Of a DNA stretch of 50,559 bases, positions 22,494-34,682 are shown piece after piece. Source of the stretch: Chromera velia. Lineage: Eukaryota. Location: the NCBI GenBank assembly GCA_018398765.1, contig JAHBMJ010000316.1:1-50559 (forward strand). Reading direction: 5' to 3'. The notes below the pieces were generated by a model. That model made no database searches, was not told the origin of the DNA, and was given only the letters and a program-made list of their open reading frames with translations. Position 1 is the stretch's first letter. Each line of letters begins with the position of its first letter. The position numbers and the translations under genes were made by a program.

Positions 22494-24821
22494 AGCTCAG
22501 GGGGTGAGGGTACAGCGGCCGGTGCGAACGAATTGAGGAACGAAGTCGATCAGACGAGGCCCTGGAAGGAAGGCTCTGCGCTCAAGCAGGAAGGACGCCC
22601 GAGAAAGGAGAGAAAGACTGGATCAAGAGCTCTGCGGCCGATCATAAGAAAAGGGGGAGTGCGGCCTCTTTGCGTCAGTTGCAGGACTCAAAGAGATGCC
22701 TGATCTTGCTCTCATTGTGCGAGAAGGAAGGAAAGGTTTGGATCTCAAAGCGCATGCATACTTGTCATTCTAGCACTCTGTTGGCTGATCAAAGCGTTCT
22801 TTTTGTTCCTGTCAGTCATTCGCACAGCCAGGAAGAGAGACGAAGAGTAAAGAAAGGAACAGACGAACGAGAGAAAGGAGGCAAAGAAGTTTAGGGCAAA
22901 ACGGTTCAGAGCATGGCGCAATGATTGAAGAACTTCATATGGTGCAATTATTGATGAACTGCATACACAGAAAGAATTCAGAGAAGATCCAGGAGGCACA
23001 CAGAGGAGGGAGGAACTTTCGTTCCTTCCGAGCCCTGACTCGAGGACAGAAAGTGAGGAGGACGGACGGAGAGGAAGAACGTAAAAATGAATTAAGGAAG
23101 CATCACTTCTCTATGTGAAGGAGGGACTGTATCCAGGGAGGGCGAAGGGAGGCTTTTGTGTGCGTCCTTTCGTCATTACTTTCCCGGCACTTTGCTCTGC
23201 TTTCCTGCCTGCCTGGCGGAAGTGAATGACTGCCGACGACGACGTGCGTTGGTTGAAAGAGGAGAAGAAAAAAGCCGCTGAGTGGAGGGCGCAAATTGCA
23301 CTCCTGCTGGTGAGGGAATGAGTGGAGGTGCTGTGGTGATGGGAGGGAGAAAGAAAGGAGAGCTCGGGTTCATTCCGGTGGATTGAAGTTTGGGTCACTC
23401 TCCGGTTTCTTCCTTCCTTCCTTCCTTCCTTTTTTCGAGTACGTTTGTCGGGGTTGTTTCTTTTTGTCGACATACAAAAAAACAATTTGAATAGGCAAAT
23501 AAATTCCTGGCTGTTGCATGTCTGTCCTCATCGGTCGGGTTGTTTGAAAGGCGACAAAGTGAAAGGAAAAAGAAGAAGGAAACACGAGGCAGAAAACATG
23601 ACTCGGCCTTCGATCAATCTGTACGTGCGTCAATATGTGGACCGTTCTTCCAGCCCACCCGCCCGCAGACAGGTTTAGGGATACAAGGAAAAGAATCTTG
23701 GCGCCTGTCTCTCTACGTATCCAATCATCTGCATCTTCATGGACCCCAAACGGATTCGTCCTTCGGGTTCGTTCGGGGGTCACGGCTTTACTGCGGGTTG
23801 CACATGGGTGTGTGGAGGGAGAACACTGTTCTGGAGGGTAAACGTTTTTTTATCAGTTCTTTAGTTCCTCCCCAGAAGCCGAATAAAGCAGGTGCTTACC
23901 GAGCCTTCGTATTCCGGCAGATTGAAACCGTTTGGCAGGATGGCCATCTTGCTTTCAATGCTTTGTATACCAGGCATGCCTATCTACGCCTGTTGTGCGG
24001 AACACACACCGATGTACTCCCGTTCTGTCCAAAACGGTGCGTCCGCACAACATGTTCTTTCCAGCACGTGTTTCTGGTCTGAAATCCTGGGTCACCAGGC
24101 TTAGCGCCAGGCAACGGGTTTCAGACTTTACGCGAAAATAACTAATATCTTGTTTTCCTCGTTTTTTACTAGGTTTTTAAATTTGCTTTGCAATCAAACT
24201 GGTTTTGTACAGTCTTTCAGTTCAAACTTGAAGTTGTATCAACATGTATTTAAATTATGGTAACTTCATCTAGCTTTTATATCATTTAATTTTTGATGAA
24301 TTAATTTTTATGAAGTTGTTTTATAGTTTTTTTTCTTTCAGTGCCGAACTTTGTTATAGTGATTTGTTGATCATGAGAGGGTCAAAAAGTATTTTTATAT
24401 TAAACTTGAAAAACATATCCTGTCATGATTGAATCCTGTGTATGTCTAGGTGTATCTCGGAATCTAGATAAATTGATTTACATATACATTTGATTAATAT
24501 TCAATGTTATCATCATCATCATGATTAGTGTCCTAGTCAATATCCCATTGTTGCTGTCAATTTTATATATTTCATGTTAGGGTCTAAGTTAGGCTAAATG
24601 TGAGGAATCACACTGGGGATCTAGCTGGGGTAAGCTGGGGATCAGTGCACCTGAATTTGCTACTTTGACAGAGGTATATGCCGCAATGCAGCCGCATACC
24701 TATTACCTATCGTCAACCACCCTGCATGAGGTGAATAGACGTAGGTGTTTTGACTGGTGTTTACTTTGATCTAGCCTCATCTAGGTTTGATTATATGGTA
24801 AAAAACTTGAATCAGAAGAAG

Positions 24822-24934
24822 TGAATGAATGAATGAATAAATGAATGAATGAATGAATGAATGAGGGTTAAATCCTACTAGATCCAGCGATGCCAGACCC
24901 CAAGCCACTAACAAGGCTTTGAGGACAACCCCAT
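24822..24934 (-). mobile_element. Short 3'-end copy of the LINE at 32.4-34.6 kb with a (TTCA)n tail
   Basis: TTAAATCCTACTAGATCCAGCGATGCCAGACCCCAAGCCACTAACAAGGCTTTGAGGACAACCC matches 32424-32484. On the plus strand it is preceded by a (TGAA)n run. Confidence 0.75.
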
Positions 24935-26881
24935 GTTATGCAATGTTTAAATTTTTAGAATAAAAAGGTTTACTCACGCAGTGGTATTAAATTGAAAATC
25001 ACCGTTTAATCATGTACATCCACTGGCAAAATTTTTATACAAATTTTGAATTAAATTCAATTAATGATATTTTTCACGTCCTTGCTGGCCGAAGACGCAT
25101 AAATTTAATTCTTAGACTCACCTTCGCGTGCATAGCTGCGCGCGAACAAACAAATTAGTGTCTTCCTACTGCCCGATCTTCCAAAGCTGCTGGATGACCA
25201 GTCCAACGAGCAAAGGCAGACGGTTGGTATTTACAAGTCACATGGGCTGGTCAGACCCGGGCAGACAAGCAAGCGACCACAGCAAGGCAAACGAAGCGGA
25301 TCAGTCTCCTCTTGCACTAAAGATGAAGGACAAAACAGCCAGTTGACACACACAGAAACAAGGAAACCAACTGCTCATTTCTTTCCAGTCAGCTTGTTGT
25401 CGGCAAGCCTGATCGTCTCCAAGTTCCCCTTCAGTCTTCACGAGAAAGGATTTTCTTTGCCTCCTCCAGTCTCTCCCGACTCCACAACAATTTCCGTCTC
25501 CAGCTTCTTCCTCAGGAACGGTTACCGAGAAAGAAAAGTTCCCGCCAGATGAGAGGAGCAAGAAGAAAGAGCTCCGGTCAGCTGACACGGGACGCAAAGG
25601 GTCTCTGACACCCTTTTTCACAATCTCCTAACTGTGCCCGCAGCGGTTGAGAAAAAGAGAGACGCATAGATGCAGACTCTCTTCCTGAACGAAGATAGAA
25701 GAAAACGAGGCGACAAGCTAGGCAACAACTGAATCTAGAATAAAAGGAAGTAGTCACCTTTCGTTGAAGCCGTCACCATATGTAACACCTTCCTGCTGCT
25801 TTGGAGGTAGCGGCAGGACAGACGGAGAGCTAGACCCAGAGATGCGGCCTAGATAGAGAGATGAATCTCCAAACTCTACAGACTCTAGCTCAGTCTGAAG
25901 ATCTCTGTCAACTAAAAGATTAAATGTGGGAAGATCCTTAGCCATTCATAGAGTCGAGAGCTTGGACCTTGAACTAGTGATGCTAAGACAGAACAGACTC
26001 ACCGTGACGATGGGCCAAACGGAATAAACGATCTCAGCGTCAGAGACGGCTGAGTGCAAAGCCCGGTCCCCATGCGAACGTAAAGATAAGCTTTCCAGGG
26101 CCGCACAGACAGAACGCGGTGGCGGACGATCGAAGCAAAGGTGGCACGCATACGAGAAGGACCGAACGGCGGCGGCGGAATGGCGCTGGCAGGTAGGACA
26201 CCACGTACAATGCATAGGTAAGTGTTGCTAAGTATTGCACCGCAGCCTGCATATAAGAAAACAAAGTCTCGTAATATACTCAACTTATGTGGGTGAGTCA
26301 CTGAAAAAGAAGTGGAATCTCATAGTTGTGGTAACCTCGCTTTCGCTGGACTACTCGAGTTTCGGCCTCTTAGAGACGCTCTCGTCAGGTCTTTAAGCCT
26401 GATTACCTCTTTTATCAAGCTTGTTATAAAAGTGATTGCCAAATTGTAATCAGCTTGTTCTAAGAGCATTAAAGTAAAAAGTTTTGTCAAAATGTTTTTT
26501 ACTGCTGTGAACAAATGCAAGCAAATCCGCTTGGAGACGGCTTATGCACAAAACATGTACCCATCGTTCATCTACGCGTATATTGCACCCAACAGATTTT
26601 GAATATGCAACGTCATGCACAGACTTAAAATTATTGGCACAAATCGCAGTGTGGATTAGCATAATATGGCTAATATGGCGTGACATGTGGCATACTAAGT
26701 ATAAAGGCGTGCGAAGGGAACAAGGGGCACCCGATTTGGGTTTTACAAAAAAAAAAATTAAAAATTTTTATTTTTTCTTGCAGCAGTACCACACTGAAAA
26801 AGAACTCATGCTGACTATGAGACAGTGATTTTGTCAGGCAAATAGACATACAGGCTGATAGTCAGATAGTCAGACAGGATA

Positions 26882-27479
26882 GGGGGGTGATATTNNNNNN
26901 NNNNNNNNNNNNNNNNNNNNNNNNNNNNNNNNNNNNNNNNNNNNNNNNNNNNNNNNNNNNNNNNNNNNNNNNNNNNNNNGGTCCCGCGGTCTGCGTGGTT
27001 GGCTTGCCAGCTGCACGGGACCCCCCCCTCTACGCGGTCCGGACTTGTAGCACAAAGGGGGGGCCGTGCCGCGCGCGGCCACATAGTAGACCATTAAATA
27101 ACATACTAAATAATATAACTCGGTCTCAACGTTGTGATGGTCTCCTTGCGTTGCCCCCTCCCTTTCTTCTTGCCAACGGATCATTGCCAACGTTTAGGTT
27201 AACGTTAATATGTGGATATTGAAAAAGATACTAAGAGAGGAATAGAGAGGAGAGCAGGGCAGTTGAGTGCTATTGAGTGCCTCTTCTACCAGCTAGGAGT
27301 TGAAAGCCTAACACATACTAGAGAAAATCTTATTACCGTGCGGCAGCCTTTTTTCGTAGTACGGGGGGGGGCCATGCTGCCACACGGCGAAGCCGTGCAT
27401 TACGCCNNNNNNNNNNNNNNNNNNNNNNNNNNNNNNNNNNNNNNNNNCCCCCCCCCATGTTAAAAGCATTTCACCCCCC
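26882..27479. mobile_element. Putative TIR element with GGGGGGTGA termini and TA TSD; interior partly gapped
   Basis: GATAGGGGGGTGATAT at 26878 is inverted relative to ATTTCACCCCCCTATC ending at 27483. TA lies on both sides. The element interrupts a CAGG/CAGA-rich tract. Confidence 0.5.
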
Positions 27480-28880
27480 TATCAGACGTACAGGTAGCCA
27501 GGCAATCACGCAGGCAGGCAGGCAGACAGTCAGCTAGTCAGGATAAGTCAGGCAGCCAGGCAGTTAGGTAGGCACTGCTACGCACGCAGACAGACAGTCA
27601 GCCAGTCAGGATCACTCAGGGAGACAGGCAGTTAGCCAGACATAAGGAAAGAAAAGCAGACATAGGCGGGCATAGGTATCTCAACCCGGGAGTTGACTGA
27701 TTGCTCCGTCTATCTCCATCGTAAGCATGCTTTGATGCTTCAGGAATCTTCTGATTGTGTGCATGACTCCTACACCGATATCTTCTTTAGGTATAGCTCA
27801 ACATAGTCGCTTGAATTTTTTGGCTCAAACAGGCTAGGAAGACTGATGAGACAAAGGGCCGAACATATAAAGCTAGATCCATATATCCGTATGTATGTCA
27901 TACCTGATGTACTGCAGTGTGGCCGCAAACAGATGCGCAAGATTATATAAGAAGACCTGCATGTATGGTGTCCTGGTTGAACCTAGTTAGGCCTGATCTT
28001 AATGAAGCGCATTTCATGTCGAAGGACCGTCGGGGACCTGGTTTGTCGGCTCCTTCCCCGCCCACCTGCCTTCGGGCAGGTGGGTACTTAACTAAACCCT
28101 TTCCCCCCACCTGTCTTATTTGAAAATGTTTCTAGTAGTGATTTTTCTAGTAGTGGGGGGCTAAAGTAGGGGGAGCCCCCACCCCTCCGCCTATTTTAAA
28201 CAACATGAGTGAATGTTGCACTGCTCCGAATCCTACCAAATCCTGTGGCTGAGAGAAATAATTCTCAACTCTCGGGAGAAATATATGCCACGGCCCACGG
28301 TTATATGCAAAACCACTTCCGCGTACTTCCGTGGGCCTTGTTAAACTTTGTACTTTTTTGTTGCCCTCTGAGGACTGCCGCGCGCAAGAGAGCACGTGCA
28401 TGCATGCAGCTTCGGTCAAAAATTAAAGGCCCAGGAAAGCACCGGAAAGTTGGGGGGGGGCACTTATCCGTTGTACGAAGAAAGATGGATTTCGCGCTTT
28501 CCGGGTTCGTTCGCACGCTTGCGTGCGTCAGATACATGCATGCACGTTGCATGGCCGAGCCCTGCAGGTTGCTCTGCGCGGGACTGCATGCAGGGACCGC
28601 TCTGCGCAGAGATCTCCGCTCCTCCAAATTTTTCGATCAGGGGCAAAAAAAAAGGAAAGTGCGGAGAATTGCAGAAATGCTCCCACCATATATTTTCGGG
28701 ACCTCCTTTCATCGATGAGCGTATCCACAAAACCTCAATCAGTTTCATACTCTTTGGTCACTGGTCACTTCGCAATTCTTCTGTTTGATTGTATCAGCTT
28801 GAGACCAAAGCTTCTGCTTGCACTCCCAGCCGTCTCCTTGGTTCCGCTCGTCCGTCTCCGGTGTCTCCAACTGAAAGAAG

Positions 28881-30038
28881 ATGAACCTTGCTAAGCGTGT
28901 GTCTGCCGTTCTGTGCTTGTCTGCACTTTCTGCTACAGGCCAGTTGTGGTCCAGTCCTGTCAGCTCTGGTGGCGGCGTCGGGCTCTCTCACGGCCGACCC
29001 AGCTCTGCTGACTGCCCCTTGCCCTGTGGTCCCAGTGGGTGCTGTAACTTCTCTCCTGATCAGTGTGCGTGGGATTCCTCCAGAGGGTACCACTGTACTG
29101 CGTCTACCATGTTCGCTCCGGGCGGTGGTAGTGCCAGGTCCGCTCCTGGCTTTAGTGGCCTGGACTCTGGTCTTGGCGGTCGCCCTGTGACTCCCCCTGG
29201 TGGTCTTCCGCCCTCCACTCCCTCCTCTGGTCTGGGCACGGGGGGCAGCTTTGGCGGTCTGGGCCGTTCCAATGGTGGCGGCATGGGAGCGATCGGCGAC
29301 TCCATGATTCCCCGACCTCCGACTGGCAGGGGGGGTTCTTTGCCTTCCGTCCCCTCCGCAGGCTCCACTCCCTCCGGGACCGGCCTCGGCCTCGGGCTCC
29401 CGAGAGGGTATGACGGATCCCGACAGCAGATGGGGACCTGCAGCATCGCGACCCCTGCTGTGGTGACTGTTCACCCTGATGGTAGAATGACTGCTGTGGG
29501 GAGACGCCTTCTCAGAGGAGGAGGAGGTTGGTTGACTGGAATTGGGGGGGAGATGANNNNNNNNNNNNNGGGGGGGAGATGACAGTATGGCGATTTGTTT
29601 TGATTGTCTGTCTTCCTGTCTGTCTGTCTGTCTGCATTGATCTGTATGCATATCGTTTTTAGTCTAAAGGAAGAGGTGGAAGGAGAGAGAGAGAGACAGG
29701 GCTCCCTATGAGTACAGCTTCATTCGAGGGAGAGATTAGGCAGCATAAAAATTAAGGTGACAAGTCGAACGTGTAAACGTAATTTTGTGTGCAGCAGGCC
29801 CCGAGACCCCAAGTCGCGGTCTGGCTGCCACTGGAGGCGCTGAGAACATCTGTTGCAGCAACTGCGGCAACGTCACACCTCAAGGGAGAGAGACAAAGAG
29901 AGAGGCAATTGCAAGATGCGAACGGTTCTGTGCGCCACCGTCAGTCAGCCTCTTTGTTTGGTCGTTTGTTTGTTTGTTCCTCTCTCCCTCCCTCCCTCCC
30001 TCCCTCCCTCCCTCTCTTTCTCTCTCTTTCTCTGTCTT

Positions 30039-30074
<36 letters not shown>

Positions 30075-30976
30075 CCCTCTTTACTCTGTGTGCAGTTGAG
30101 CGCCTGTAGCTTCGATTGCCCTCTCCCTGTGAGTTTGTTGTTGGTGTCTTTTGTTTTTCTCTGTAATAGCTGCGCCCCTCTCACCCTCTCCGTTCTGCCT
30201 CCTTAATCTGTACGTATGAATTTGGTGAAGGCCCCTCCTCATCTCACTCAACTTCTGTGTATGAAGTGCCATGCATCAGTCGTTAGTTTTGTTCGCTTTT
30301 TCAAATCTGTCCTCGTGTGTGTATGCAGAGGCTCTTTCGTCTGCATCGCTGAGGGAGGAAGCAGTCCTGACTTTCCCTCTCCTGGCGGTGGGTCTGTCCT
30401 TGGAATCGGCTGGGGACGTCGTGTGCTCTCTTCCTCGTCCGACTCTGGTCAGCTTTGTTTTTCTTTTTTTCTCCTGATCTCTGTCTTTTTTCTGTTGTCG
30501 CCTTTCGTTCGTTTTCTCCTTTCTTTTCTTCTCTTCTTTTATTTCCCTCTTTTCTTCTTTTCGTCTTGCTTTTCTTCTCTTCTTTCCCTGATTCCTGAGG
30601 GTAAGATGATATTCTCTCTCTTGTTCCTGCCTTGATTCGCTTTGATGATGAGATGAGTGCGGTGAACTGACTTCTTGATTGATTGATTGATTGATTGATT
30701 GGATGATTGATTGAATGATTGAATGATTGATTGATTGACTGCCTGTGCATGCTCGTGCCTTTCCCTTATGTGACTGCAGCTGCCGCCGAGTCAGACCCCG
30801 AATCTGAAACCCCCGTGTCATCCGAGTCCCCCCATCAGACAGAGAGAGAAACTGGAGAAGAGATTGCAGCAAGAAGGAAACTTGCCGTCTCCATCCAGGA
30901 GGGAGTGACGAGGGCACAGTGCGAGCTGAACTGCGTAGGGAACGAGAACACCTGCACCTGGAGTCCCAGCAATTAA
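28881..30976 (+). CDS. Secreted Cys-rich precursor protein with RRxL motifs (4 exons, about 368 aa)
   Basis: Exons 28881-29526, 29795-29939 (NAGNAG alternative 29798), 30329-30447 and 30780-30976 join in phases 1, 2, 1 with donors GTTGGT, GTCAGT and GTCAGC. The N-terminus MNLAKRVSAVLCLSALSATG looks like a signal peptide. Three Cys clusters are separated by Gly/Pro/Ser-rich or acidic linkers. Confidence 0.8.
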
Positions 30977-31655
30977 CCGCCGTCTCGACACTGACTGAGG
31001 AGGCAGCATGCGGCAGAGCTAGGCAGAAAGAATTAAGTTGAGGACGCAGAGAACGAAGGGCATTGTTCTGCTCAGCCGCGATGCGCCTGTTGAAGGAGAG
31101 AAGCGCATCAGACTTTGGTTGAGGGCGGGAAGGAGGGAGTGTGTGTGAAGTGAGAGGGCTGACCTCAGTTATGGGATCCCATTCCCTTCCGATGAGAAAA
31201 GAAAAAAGAAAAACAGTTCGATCAACCTTTTGTGTCTGGTGGGAGTTGGAAGAGACAGGGAGGGAGAGGGAGAGCTGATGATCTTCTGCTTCGTTTGTTT
31301 CCTTCGTCTTTTTCCAAAAGGGGAGAAGATGAATGGAAGTGGACCTCTTTGGATCTATGTAGCTGCCTCTCCGTTTCCGTCTCTGTCTCTTTCTCTGTTT
31401 GCGTGCACGTGTCTCAACTCTCGGAAGCCCATGTGAATTCGTTCGGCTGGTGGTCATTGTAGCTTGGGCTTTGTGTAACAAAACGGACATTGTGGGATGT
31501 TTGTATGCGTGCAGTGCCCGCGAATGCACTTTCATTGTCAGTGTACGCTCCGGCGGTTTTCCCTGAGTCTCTGTGATTGGCTTAAACTTATCAGAATTGT
31601 TTCCGTCCCTTATACGGGATGGCATGTATTACGTCCGAGTGAGAGCCGCGCTCCA

Positions 31656-31657
<2 letters not shown>

Positions 31658-31704
<47 letters not shown>

Positions 31705-31744
31705 TGTATGTGTGTGTGTGTGTTAGAGAGACAGACAGACAGAC

Positions 31745-31779
<35 letters not shown>
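31658..31779. repeat. Compound (CT)n(GT)n(GA/GACA)n microsatellite
   Basis: Seen directly. Confidence 0.9.
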
Positions 31780-32402
31780 ATTGATAGTTGATCGGGAAGC
31801 TAGGCAGGAAGATCCGGAAGAGCGTCCAGCTTTGCGTGTCTCTTTCAATTCGTTGCTGTTGTCAAAAAGAAGAAATCTTTCCCGCTGTAATTCTGGCATT
31901 ATCCTGCAAAAATTATGCTAGAAATTGTGTTTTTATCCCTGTTTTTACAAATTAACAGTGAATCGTAATGAGGGACTCAAAAATGATCGAAGTATACAAC
32001 AATTTAGAATTACAATGCATGTCATTGCATGCATGCTGCATGTAAGGTCATTATAGTTAGCTATTGAATAATTTGGAAGACACTGGTTATCGTAACTGGC
32101 CTAGGCGGGGTTCATGCTTACTCTTCTATAGCTGAAGCTGCATGTATATAGTTCTAGATATGTTTATACGTTTTTTTATATTATCATTATGATAGACGAT
32201 CGTTAGTACGTGGCTTATAATTAGGCGTCTAGGGTTCGGCAAGTAGGCACTGTTAGGTGTAGTGACTCAGCAGAGTCAGCACAGGCACTACCACAGGCAG
32301 TACAAGTTGAATTGCCAGTGACAAACTAATTATATTTGTTTTCAAACTTTTCTGCTTTTGGCACAGTATGCGTGTGTCCTGGACTGCTTGGTGCCGGGCG
32401 TC

Positions 32403-34650
32403 AGCTGATGATGATATTGAGGCTTAAATCCTAGATCCAGCAATGCTAGATCCCAAGCCACTAACAAGGCTTTGACGACAACCCAGAAAACGCATTCATG
32501 GNNNNNNNNNNNNNNNNNNNNNNNNNNNNNNNNNNNNNNNNNNNNNNNNNNNNNNNNNNNNNNNNNNNNNNNNNNNNNNNNNNNNNNNNNNNNNNNNNNN
32601 NNNNNNNNNNNNNNNNNNNNNNNNNNNNNNNNNNNNNNNNNNNNNNNNNNNNNNNNNNNNNNNNNNNNNNNNNNNNNNNNNNNNNNNNNNNNNNNNNNNN
32701 NNNNNNNNNNNNNNNNNNNNNNNNNNNNNNNNNNNNNNNNNNNNNNNNNNNNNNNNNNNNNNNNNNNNNNNNNNNNNGGGGGGGGGGGGGAGATGAGGAA
32801 ACCTGCATGCCAATCGGATCACTTCGACTCAATCTGCCTGATCGAAACAATGAACTTTCTTGAGACACTCAGCTAGCGCTTTAGAACCACTTCTGGGCAG
32901 GATTGTACACAACAGCAACACTCAGCACCATTTCCTTCATTTTCTTAATTCTCATTATCTGAAGTGCCCCTCCCGGCCTGTTGCACCCACAACGTGTTGA
33001 GCGATCTGTATTCTTATGTCAATGAACGCTCTTTGTTTTATAATTTCGTACAATTCTTTGAGCCTGCTTCGCTTCCTTTCTGAGTCCTTACATTCCGTCA
33101 GCACATGAGCCCCATCTTTGATCATACACAAGGGGGACAAACATTTGTTACAAAGCCGTTCTGGTTGGGATCTATCTGTATCCCCCCCTTTGAGAGCCCT
33201 GGGGAGCGTATAGAAGCCTGTGGAGGACTGTAACAGACTTTTTGGCAGAGGTTCAACACTGTACTCTATCATTTCACTTCTCGAGCACCATTTCCTTTCA
33301 CTCAAAAGGTGCATGGTCAAACGTTGTCTGGTCGGATTCTCAGATTGGAAAGAAGAGAGATTCGCAAGGCGAGGGAAAATTCCTTCTCGGTCTCGAACGT
33401 TTCTTATGTCTTCTTGTAACCAGTCGGACAGCCAGGCACCCTTCACGAGCTTCCTTACCACCCTTTTCCTTCTGCCCTTATCTTTCCTTCTAAACTTGTT
33501 CCCCACCACATCTGGTAAGGAGGGTTATAAAACGGAACAATCCAATAGAACAGCTAGCCATTTCACCATCTTAACGAAAGGTTCATACGAGCCAGCCAAG
33601 CACTCATTCTACACCGCCCATGGTAGAGCACGATCGATCGATTTCATATATTGGATGAAGCTCCCAATCAACTTACCAAGTAGAAAACTGAATGGCTCAA
33701 GGGAGAGAGAGAGAAGAGAAGACGAAACAAACGAGTGGTGGGAAAGACTAAAACAACATCGCACAAAACGAAACTGTAATGCATCGAGGAAGGCAACATC
33801 TGTCTTTCTTAGGGGGATCATTTCCAGCCCATACAGCACGACTGGCAGCCAAAGTGCTTTGAACAAAGTAATTTGAGAAAAAGGAAAAATAAAACTAAGA
33901 GAAGAGAGAGTACCAAACACAGCCCCCAATGCCTTCTCTACCACCTCAATGCGGGCTTCGACATGCTTCGACTATCTTCGACTGTCTTGCTAAGGTCCTC
34001 CCCTTCAAAAACCTAGTTGCCTAAATACTTCTATTTACTTACCGCTTCTACTGCATGGTCTGCCTTCATAAAGAAAAAATGTTAAGGGCATAAGGTCAAG
34101 GTGGGGAGAGGAGAGTCGTATGATTTTTGTCTTCTTTAAGTTCACCTTCAGACCGTGCTCCTTGCAATTATATTTTTCGAGATGGGACAGACGTTTCTGC
34201 AAGTCTGAAGCACTGTGAGTAAAGAGAACAAGGTCGTCAATGTATCTAATACTCTTAATTAGGATATCGAACAGTCTGACAGGGGTCTCTCTGTCTGCAC
34301 CCCCAGCCAAGCTTTGGTCTCTTTCTTCATTATTGGAGCCAACAGACCTATACAGATTGTTGATAAAAAGAAGAAAGAGGAGAGAAGAAAGAGGGTCACC
34401 CTGCTTCACGCCTCTGCCTTCTGGGAAGCATTCTATTGCTCCATCCACCTAAGCCCTCACTTGTCTATACATAGAGTGAATCATTCAAACATCGGCCTGG
34501 CTTACTCTTTCCTCTCTTAGTCTTTCTAACATCTTTACCTAAGGCACAGTGTCGAACGCCTTACTGAAATCAGATTCTACAAAAGCTGCTATCAGAGGAC
34601 TCTTCTTCTTCTTCAAGTTGGAGCTCAGAATTAATGAAGACAGAGCAGCT
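32403..34650 (-). mobile_element. Degenerate 5'-truncated non-LTR (LINE-type) retrotransposon
   Basis: RT motifs DFSKAFDTV (about 34545-34575) and GVKQGDPLSSLLFLLFIN...YIDDLVLF (34035-34448). C-terminal RLCNKC...HVLTEC zinc motif (32955-33509). The 3' terminus has an (ATC)n tail at about 32403-32425, beyond the N gap. Confidence 0.88.
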
Positions 34651-34682
34651 AGGCCGCCCGGATAACAGTACATAACAGTTTA

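Noticed and set aside
22149..22703. Phe/Leu/Ser-rich ORFs resembling membrane proteins (also 41564-42398)
   Set aside because: These are translations of (CTTT)n and (GA)n microsatellites.
28700..28742. Fourth CRE tail (AAAACCTCAATCA)
   Set aside because: Only 13 bp match and the diagnostic hairpin is absent, which is too weak to call.
30276..31625. 449-aa minus-strand ORF
   Set aside because: It is antisense to exons 3-4 of the secreted precursor and to purine-rich simple repeats, and has no domain.
32502..32777. ORFs spanning N runs (also 26895-26978, 27407-27447, 45267-45450)
   Set aside because: These are assembly gaps, not coding sequence.
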